Positions 57,301-64,000 of a stretch of DNA of 64,000 nt are shown piece after piece. Made by a program: the position numbers and the translations under genes. Below the pieces are notes generated by a model. The model was not told the origin of the DNA, did not search any database, and was given only the letters and a program-made list of their open reading frames with translations. Source of the stretch: an uncultured bacterium (GTDB lineage: Bacteria; Cyanobacteriota; Vampirovibrionia; Gastranaerophilales; Gastranaerophilaceae); NCBI GenBank assembly GCA_948964545.1, contig CAREDV010000001.1, forward strand, positions 351,942 to 415,941, written 5' to 3'. Each line of letters begins with the position of its first letter. The first letter of the stretch is position 1.

Positions 57301-57876
57301 ATTTTCATTCCAGACTTGAACATTATCTGGTACAGACAATACAGTTGGTGTGAAGTTCCAGATGTATTTTATATGTGCATTTACAAGAAAATCAGCTGTA
57401 CTTTGTGCGTATTTTCCAGGTACTGTAAGTATTGCAATATCAATTTCATCTTTTGATGCGGTAGCAGCAAGTTCGTACATGTTTTGGATTTCCATACCAT
57501 TAATAATTTTACCGATTTTATTTTTATCGTTGTCAAAAATTGCAAGAATTTTCAGCCCGTAATCTGTGAAATTTCCGTAGTTTGCTATAGCTGTTCCTAG
57601 ATTTCCAGCCCCGATAATCATTGCTTTCTTAGTTTTTTTAAAACCTAGAGTTTTTTCAATGGAAATTTTAAGTTCTTTGACAATATAACCGATACGTGAT
57701 TTGCCTGAATTATTTAATAAATTAATATCTTTACGGACTTGCGAATCGTCAATATGCAAAAGTTCGGCGATTTGTTTGCTTGAAATATATTCTATATTTT
57801 TGTCAATAAAGTCTGTAAGTATGCAGTGATATAGTGTTAAGCGGTTTATAACTTTATCAGATATTTTTTTGTTCAT
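57262..57876 (-). CDS. rex: Redox-sensing transcriptional repressor Rex
   Basis: RLTLY, ISSKQIA, QVRKDI, IGAGNLG, IWNFTP. Confidence 0.93.
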   Translation of the reverse strand: MNKKISDKVINRLTLYHCILTDFIDKNIEYISSKQIAELLHIDDSQVRKDINLLNNSGKSRIGYIVKELKISIEKTLGFKKTKKAMIIGAGNLGTAIANYGNFTDYGLKILAIFDNDKNKIGKIINGMEIQNMYELAATASKDEIDIAILTVPGKYAQSTADFLVNAHIKYIWNFTPTVLSVPDNVQVWNENLMGNFLQFTYSI

Positions 57877-58191
57877 TTAATTGTTATTCCTGTTTTCTTC
57901 ATCTTTGATAAATTTTGCTAATTGTTCAAGATGTTTGTCTTCAATTGCTTCAATAAGTTCAGTAACTGATTGAATTTTACCGAGCGCAAATCCTGTTTCA
58001 GCAAGCAGAACACAGTCATTGCAAAGTCTGTAACCCTCATATTCTATAGAGCCAGCAAGACATTTTGTTTCACCGCAGCAGTCGCAGTCAAAAGTTTCAT
58101 CAATAATATCAGGGTTATCCTCGATATCATCAAGACGCATCTGTTCAACTACTTGTGCCATTTCTTCAATTATCTCGTGTTCTGATTTCAT
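57877..58191 (-). CDS. Hypothetical protein with Cys motifs (CDCC...CNDC)
   Basis: 104 aa, coupled to pdxJ and rex. Confidence 0.7.
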   Translation of the reverse strand: MKSEHEIIEEMAQVVEQMRLDDIEDNPDIIDETFDCDCCGETKCLAGSIEYEGYRLCNDCVLLAETGFALGKIQSVTELIEAIEDKHLEQLAKFIKDEENRNNN

Positions 58192-58898
58192 AAAATAAGC
58201 TCCTTCATTTTACTTACTGCTTCAGGTAATCCTGTAAATATAGCACGCGAAATTATGCTGTGTCCGATATTCAATTCATAAAGTCCGTCGATTTCATGCA
58301 TTCTATGAACGTTTTCGTAATTAAGTCCGTGTCCAGCATTAACTTTTAAACCTAAGCTTTGTGCAAGTTCAGCTGATTTTTTGAGTTTTTGAAATTCGGC
58401 TTCTTCATCTTCGTATCCGAAACATTCGGAATAAGTTCCCGTGTGCATTTCGATAAACTGTGCACCTGTTTTAGCTGAAGCTCTTACCTGTTCTTCATCA
58501 GGGTCAATAAATAAGCTGACCAAAATTCCCGCATCTAAAAGCGGTTTAATAAATTCTGTAACTTTGTCCAATTGTCCTGCAACATCAAGTCCGCCCTCTG
58601 TTGTAACTTCCTGACGTTTTTCGGGTACAAGACAAATTGAATGGGGGTTAATCTCAAGTGCGATTTTTTGAATATCATCAGCCATTGCCATCTCAAGATT
58701 TAGTCTTGTTTTTAAAGTATTAATGAGGGTATAAACATCTTCATTTTTAATATGGCGTCTATCTTCTCTCAAGTGTGTTGTGATTGAGGCTGCACCATTT
58801 TGTTCTGCAATTTCTGCACCTTTGATAATGCTCGGTTCAATTCCGCCTCGTGCGTTTCTTAAAGTTGCGATATGATCTATATTTACACCTAGTAACAT
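58188..58898 (-). CDS. pdxJ: Pyridoxine 5'-phosphate synthase
   Basis: LGVNIDHIATLRNAR, HLREDRRHI, VPEKRQEVTTEGG, NAGHGL; ATG 58898 after GAGGA. Confidence 0.97.
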   Translation of the reverse strand: MLLGVNIDHIATLRNARGGIEPSIIKGAEIAEQNGAASITTHLREDRRHIKNEDVYTLINTLKTRLNLEMAMADDIQKIALEINPHSICLVPEKRQEVTTEGGLDVAGQLDKVTEFIKPLLDAGILVSLFIDPDEEQVRASAKTGAQFIEMHTGTYSECFGYEDEEAEFQKLKKSAELAQSLGLKVNAGHGLNYENVHRMHEIDGLYELNIGHSIISRAIFTGLPEAVSKMKELIL

Positions 58899-58990
58899 TT
58901 TTTTTATCCTCTCCGCCGACATTGGTCGGACTTTTTATTTATTGGTCAGTCACTTCGCTCATTTTATTCGCTTGTTCCCGTTTTATCTTT
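58899..58990 (-). repeat. Dispersed element type B (RBS-fused) upstream of pdxJ
   Basis: AACGGG...GAGCGAAGTGACTGACCAA...AAAGTCCGAC-CAAT-GTCGGCGGAGAGGATAAAAAAA-ATG. Confidence 0.75.
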
Positions 58991-60260
58991 TCTTTATCGA
59001 CAATAATGCTGTATATGACGGCAGAATCGTTGTTTTACCGTCTTTTGCGGCTTTGTCTATTGCTTTTTTTATGTTCGGTTCTATTATAATTTTTTCCTGC
59101 GGTATTCCTGCATATTTCAAACGTAACGCCATATCGTTTGCACGAATTCCTGATGTGATTATGAGTTTTTTTGCATCTTTCAACTGTTCAAAATCGCTGT
59201 CCCAAAGCCAGCTTATGTCGCGTCCGTCTGCGTAATTGTCATTTATGGCAATCACGATGTTTGAATTCAAATCAACTGTTTTTAAAACTTCGCTTGCGCC
59301 TGTGGGGTTTTTGATAAGTTGTATAAGTGCAGGATTCCCGTTTATAATCCTTTTTTCTGTTCTGCCAAAAATGCTGTGGTAAGTGTCAAGAGCTTTTTGG
59401 ATTTGTTCTGTATTTAACCCGAGCTCCAGTCCAAAAGCAATGGATGCAAGTGCATTATAAGCATTATAAAGTCCTGTAAGATTGACTTTGAATCTCTGTC
59501 CTTTTAGGGTAATTATTGAATAATCTTCAAATACTTCCACATCTGCGGGGTAATCACATTCGTGTCGTCTGTAACCGCATTTGGGGCAGAAATAGTGTCC
59601 CTGTTGTGCAAAAAATTGTTTTGAATATTCCAGAGGGTGACCGCACATACAGTTAAATACTTCTGAGGGGGCGTTTGATTTTGTTGAGCATTTTACGTTT
59701 TCAAACCCGTAATAAACTGCATATTTTGTCCTGTCAAATGTTGCAACAAGCGGATCATCGGCGTTTAAGATAAGTTTTAAATCAGGGTTTTTTCTGATTG
59801 CGTTTTTAATAAATTCTGCAGTTGTATTAAGTTCTCCGTATCTATCTAATTGGTCACGGAAAAGGTTTGTTACAATAAGATAATCAGACTTCATATAGTC
59901 ATAAAGTTTGGTTAAATAAGCCTCATCACTTTCGATTACCGCATAATCATAGTGTCTGCATGGTGCTATAGCAAACATATTTGCAACACCTGTGAGCATA
60001 TTTGCTCCCTCAAGGTTATGGATAACTTTTTGTCTGTTAGTTTCTAATATATGTGCCATAAGTCCTGAAGTTGTCGACTTCCCGTTAGTTCCCGTTACTG
60101 TAACAACATCTTTTGAAATATACTTTTGGCAGTGTTTTAAAAAATCTGGACAGATTTTTAACACCAGCATTCCGACAAACGATGTTCCTGATGATTTATT
60201 TCTGATTTTTATGGCTAAATAAGCAAGTTTTGCTATGATTAATGATAAATAAAATCTCAT
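58983..60260 (-). CDS. murT: Mur ligase family protein, MurT-like (DUF1727)
   Basis: VTGTNGKSTT, GANM, NLFRDQLDRYGE, LIKNPTG, ADGRDISWLWD. Confidence 0.88.
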   Translation of the reverse strand: MRFYLSLIIAKLAYLAIKIRNKSSGTSFVGMLVLKICPDFLKHCQKYISKDVVTVTGTNGKSTTSGLMAHILETNRQKVIHNLEGANMLTGVANMFAIAPCRHYDYAVIESDEAYLTKLYDYMKSDYLIVTNLFRDQLDRYGELNTTAEFIKNAIRKNPDLKLILNADDPLVATFDRTKYAVYYGFENVKCSTKSNAPSEVFNCMCGHPLEYSKQFFAQQGHYFCPKCGYRRHECDYPADVEVFEDYSIITLKGQRFKVNLTGLYNAYNALASIAFGLELGLNTEQIQKALDTYHSIFGRTEKRIINGNPALIQLIKNPTGASEVLKTVDLNSNIVIAINDNYADGRDISWLWDSDFEQLKDAKKLIITSGIRANDMALRLKYAGIPQEKIIIEPNIKKAIDKAAKDGKTTILPSYTALLSIKKR

Positions 60261-60320
60261 AAATAGTCCTTTAGACGTATTCCCCTAATCTGACTTATAT
60301 ATTACTATAAAAACTGTAAA

Positions 60321-60680
60321 ATGTATATGTTTATTGCAATAATTTTCATAGCAGAACTTATAATTGTCCTGAATTTAATCATGTTGATAGTTAAGGCAGA
60401 TAAAAAAGTGCGTTATTATAATTCCTGTGTTGATGCTTTCAACCCGCTTGCGCAGACTGCTCTCCAATATACAAGATGTATGGTTCGCTCATTTAATAAT
60501 TCTTTCGGCAATGCTTTAACATTTATTAAAAAGAAAAAAGAGCAGGTTATCTTTAAGACTTTATTTATGATTTCTATATATGCGATGTTGATAGTGTTTA
60601 AAATTAAAATGAATAAGGCTTCAAAAATTTATAAGTTAGTGAGCGTAATACGTGATTTGACGCTTGAATTGACCGTTTAG
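60321..60680 (+). CDS. Hypothetical membrane protein
   Basis: Two hydrophobic segments. Confidence 0.55.
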   Translation: MYMFIAIIFIAELIIVLNLIMLIVKADKKVRYYNSCVDAFNPLAQTALQYTRCMVRSFNNSFGNALTFIKKKKEQVIFKTLFMISIYAMLIVFKIKMNKASKIYKLVSVIRDLTLELTV

Positions 60681-60725
60681 CTTGTAAAATTTTAAAAAAT
60701 ATGATAGAATAAATTTGTACTATTT

Positions 60726-60810
60726 AAAGGGTAAAAAACGGGCGCGAACGTATGTGAGCGACTGACCAAAATATAAAAAGTCTGACCAAGGTTGGCGGAA
60801 AGGGTAAAAA
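60726..60810 (+). repeat. Dispersed element type B upstream of a YtxH-like gene
   Basis: Flanked by the direct repeat AAAGGGTAAAAAA; GAGCGACTGACCAAA core. Confidence 0.75.
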
Positions 60811-61119
60811 ATGAGTAAAAACAAATCATTAATGTTCGGTATGGGTTTGCTTGCAGGTGTTGTCGGCGGGCTTGTTGCAGGTGTTTTATTTGCTCCTAAA
60901 TCAGGCGAAGAATCAAGACGCCAGATTAAAGAGACTGCGTGTGAATTGTATGAAAAACATTCTCCTGCTATCAAAGAAGCAAAAAAACAGGCACTTGAAA
61001 ATGTCGATTTGATGAAATATAAGTTAGAAAGACAATTGAGAAAATTTAATAATATGGTAAAATCAAAAAAACTTCTTAAAGCAAAAGAGCTTGAAGAAAT
61101 GGATGATTATAATTATTAG
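60811..61119 (+). CDS. YtxH domain protein
   Basis: GVVGGLVAGVLFAPKSGEESR. Confidence 0.88.
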   Translation: MSKNKSLMFGMGLLAGVVGGLVAGVLFAPKSGEESRRQIKETACELYEKHSPAIKEAKKQALENVDLMKYKLERQLRKFNNMVKSKKLLKAKELEEMDDYNY

Positions 61120-61128
61120 GAGTCGAAA

Positions 61129-61485
61129 ATGGAGATGTCACAAATAGCGTTAAATCAAGGGTTAACTTTTCTTGCTTGGTCAACAGGTATTGTTGTTATT
61201 ATCGTTGCAGGATTTCTTGTTAAACTTTTGATTGACCTTTCAGTGTTAGCTAAGAACTTAAATCAAACTTCGATTATCGTTAATACGGAATTAAAACCGA
61301 CTCTTAACGAATTAAATCAAACATTGAGTTCAATTAATGAAATCGTTAAAAATACCGATAAAGGTGTGGGTGATTTTAAATCAGCAATTTCAGGTTTTGT
61401 TGATAAGACAAGATTGGTATCGGGAACTTTGTTCGGCGGTTTGATTAAAGGTTTTACAACAGCATACAATATGTTTAAAAAATAG
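61129..61485 (+). CDS. DUF948/YoxC-like membrane protein
   Basis: TM followed by coiled coil; lies between two YtxH genes. Confidence 0.6.
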   Translation: MEMSQIALNQGLTFLAWSTGIVVIIVAGFLVKLLIDLSVLAKNLNQTSIIVNTELKPTLNELNQTLSSINEIVKNTDKGVGDFKSAISGFVDKTRLVSGTLFGGLIKGFTTAYNMFKK

Positions 61486-61557
61486 CCGTTTAGCGGGATT
61501 ATTTATTGATATTTAAACGCTAAAATACAAAAGAAACAGTAAAGGAGAATATTTATT

Positions 61558-61830
61558 ATGTCAGCAGGTAAATTTTTAGCAGGTTTTATAGTAGGCGGTG
61601 CAATCGGTGCTATTGCAGGTGTTTTGTTAGCACCAAAATCAGGTGAAGAAACTCGCCAGATGATTGCAGACGGTGCAAAAGATGCTCTAAAACGTGCAGA
61701 TGAAACAGTTAAAGAAATTCAATCAAAAGCAGATGATGTTGTTTCTGATATGCAGAAAAAAGGCGACGAAATTAAAGAAAAACTTCAAAACCTTATTAAT
61801 CAGCAGAAAGAAGCAAAACAAGAAGCTTAA
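61558..61830 (+). CDS. YtxH domain protein
   Basis: GGAIGAIAGVLLAPKSGEETR. Confidence 0.9.
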   Translation: MSAGKFLAGFIVGGAIGAIAGVLLAPKSGEETRQMIADGAKDALKRADETVKEIQSKADDVVSDMQKKGDEIKEKLQNLINQQKEAKQEA

Positions 61831-61842
61831 AAAAGAGGGGCA

Positions 61843-62214
61843 TTATGCCCCTTTATTTCTTTTTAAAGCATCATCAAGAGCTTTTTCCAAAACGGTGATT
61901 TTGTTTTCAAGAACTTTAATTTTAGCTTCACCGTTTGTGTTTGAGATTGAACCTTTTTCAAGCTCGCGTTTGTATGCGTTGAATTTTTCTTTTAGTGAAA
62001 AATACAGAGGGCCGAAGAAAAATATCACTGAAAGAATTCCGAGGAAAAATATTATTAATGTATAAATTGCAAAATCGAAATTAATTGTGTGGACAGAAAG
62101 ATTTGTCAGTTCTGCAAATTTTGGGCTTAATAAATTGATAGTCACATTGTTGTGATAATTCATTAATATCAAGAAGCCTGCACATAAGGCTGAAATTATT
62201 GATAACGCTTGCAT
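61843..62214 (-). CDS. Hypothetical membrane protein (LapA-like layout)
   Basis: Two TM segments then coiled coil. Confidence 0.55.
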   Translation of the reverse strand: MQALSIISALCAGFLILMNYHNNVTINLLSPKFAELTNLSVHTINFDFAIYTLIIFFLGILSVIFFFGPLYFSLKEKFNAYKRELEKGSISNTNGEAKIKVLENKITVLEKALDDALKRNKGA

Positions 62215-62217
62215 TTT

Positions 62218-63120
62218 TTATCCTCTTAGATATCGTAAAACTTTATTGATTTTTTCATCGGGTTCAATTTCCAAATTTATTATTTCATTTCCAAACGGTT
62301 TTGTAAAGCTTAAATAATATGATTGCAAAACCTGTTCTTCTGTTTTAACTTTTCCGTGTCCTGCCCCGTATAAAGTGTCATTGTAAACAGGGTGTTTTAA
62401 ATGACTCATATGAGTGCGGATTTGATGAGTTCTGCCCGTTATAAGAGTTATGTCAATATATGTATGTTCTTTAAATCGTTCCAAAACCCTTATGCTGGTC
62501 AAGCTTTGCTTGCCGTCTTCTCTGACCATCATTTTGTGAGGTTGGTTCGGGTTTCTGCCAATGGGAAGATTTATTTCAAATTCATCGTCTTTTACAACCC
62601 CTTTAACTATTGCTCTGTATTTTTTTGTAAGAGTATGTTCTCTTATTTGACGGCTTAAGAATTCATGCGCATCATTGTTTTTAGCAATCATTAAAAGTCC
62701 AGATGTGTTGCGGTCAAGTCGATGTAAAATTCCTCTCCTAAATTCACCGTTTAGGTTCGATAAATTCTCTCCATATTTGTATAAAAGTGCGTTAACAAGA
62801 GTATTTTCTCGTTCAAGTGTTGTCGGATGCGTAAGCATTCCTGACGGTTTGTTTACGACAAGCATGTTTTCATCTTCATAAACAATATCAAGCGGAATGT
62901 TTTGAGGCGGAATAGTTAAATCTTCCTGCTCAGGAATTTCAAACTCTATTTTGTCATTTTCTTTGAGTATATATGACGGTTTTTTGCTTGTATTATTAAT
63001 TTTTACAGCACCTGACTTGATGAAATTTTGAATTTTTGAACGCGACAAATCCGGAGTTATTTCTGCTAAATAACTGTCCAGTCTTTTATTTTCATCATTT
63101 TCGTCAATAAAAATAATCAT
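62218..63120 (-). CDS. rluD: RluA/RluD family pseudouridine synthase
   Basis: S4 domain RLDSYL, VNKPSGM, HRLDRNTSG, TGRTHQIR. Confidence 0.93.
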   Translation of the reverse strand: MIIFIDENDENKRLDSYLAEITPDLSRSKIQNFIKSGAVKINNTSKKPSYILKENDKIEFEIPEQEDLTIPPQNIPLDIVYEDENMLVVNKPSGMLTHPTTLERENTLVNALLYKYGENLSNLNGEFRRGILHRLDRNTSGLLMIAKNNDAHEFLSRQIREHTLTKKYRAIVKGVVKDDEFEINLPIGRNPNQPHKMMVREDGKQSLTSIRVLERFKEHTYIDITLITGRTHQIRTHMSHLKHPVYNDTLYGAGHGKVKTEEQVLQSYYLSFTKPFGNEIINLEIEPDEKINKVLRYLRG

Positions 63121-63206
63121 TTCCTAATCAATTATAGCATAATATTTTGTTACAAAAAAGCAATTTTATATTAGTTCTTGTTTTAAATATAATATAGGGG
63201 AATATT

Positions 63207-64000
63207 ATGTTTAATGAAATTGGAAACAACTACGCATATCAGGCTTGGAATTATTACAACAACTATTACAGTAATTATTATAATTCTGTAATGACTGTGC
63301 CTTTTCGGGGGGGGGGCATTTAGAGCCTTATTCCCATGGTGATATTTTTCAATATAACAAAAAATCCGATAATAATACCACAGAGAAAAAGATAGGTAAG
63401 CCTAAAGAGAAAAAAGAGGGTTTATCAACCACATCAAAAGTTTTAATAGGACTTGGTGTTGTTGCGGCAGGTATATTGGCGTTAAAGTGCGGTAAAGCTC
63501 CTAAGGTTTCGCAAACTAAAAAACTTGCAGAAAAGATTAATTTTAAACCTGCTGAAACTCTTGATGAAGCAGTCACTTTCGGTAAAAATAATTTAGGTAT
63601 TCAAAACTACAGGGGATTTGAAACCGCTGATAAAGATGTTGTAAATTATGCTAATGAAGCTTTTGTTAATGTAAGTAATAAAATGAACGGAAATACAAAT
63701 TTACCTAAATACCTTGAATTTAGAAATTTTGAAGGTGGGTATGCTGCAACAACAACAGATGGCGGAATTGTATTAAATAAAGATTTCTTCCTTAATATAG
63801 ATCGCGAACTTGCAGGTCGTTTAAGTGTCTTGGAAAAGCAAGGTGTTTTAATCAGAAACATGGAAAATCAAATTGGAGTTTCAGAATTTATTGATGAGGC
63901 TTATGCTAAAGATATACTTAAACACATAGAAAGATATAATAAAGGTGAGATTTCTACATTTAAAGATAAAATGTATTTGTATAATTACTTTGATGAAGCT
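63207..64000 (+). CDS. Lineage-specific membrane-anchored protein, out of frame at a G10 tract; runs off the window
   Basis: GGGGA RBS and ATG 63207 give ...VPFRGGGI*; one extra G opens HLEPYSHG...VLIGLGVVAAGILAL...to the window end. Confidence 0.8.
63305..63320 (+). repeat. TC-G10-CATT homopolymer tract (G 63307-63316)
   Basis: Read directly from sequence. Confidence 0.95.

Overview
Low-GC bacterial chromosome segment. Gene content (DUF3326, solitary 'FTLAE(V/I)L(V/I)TLGIIG' pilin-like genes, CopG, FliA/WhiG sigma, divergent flg rod genes, many lineage-specific ORFs) suggests a non-photosynthetic cyanobacterial relative (Melainabacteria, probably Gastranaerophilales); this taxonomy is inference. 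Most of the window is housekeeping: adk-map, tmk, rimP-nusA, tuf, clpP, uvrA, rpsB-tsf, murI, nadBC, queC, surE, sdaAB/AA, coaX, rex, pdxJ, rluD, tRNA-Leu(GAG) and tRNA-Arg(ACG). No transposase, integrase or CRISPR array was seen. Four signals stand out. (1) Four TC-G10-CAYT tracts lie on the + strand regardless of gene direction; each sits near the 5' end of a pilin-like or lineage-specific gene and puts it out of frame by one missing base, a candidate context-conserved, strand-polarised phase-variation system. (2) A precisely spaced G(C/A)AA-N19-TTTATATA promoter-like motif, often with an HLR1-like box just upstream, precedes mostly lineage-specific genes and a candidate sRNA. (3) Two families of dispersed structured intergenic elements occur, one after stop codons and one fused to ribosome-binding sites. 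(4) Two membrane-anchored nucleotidyltransferase-fold paralogues bracket a BacNav-type channel, next to a flippase.
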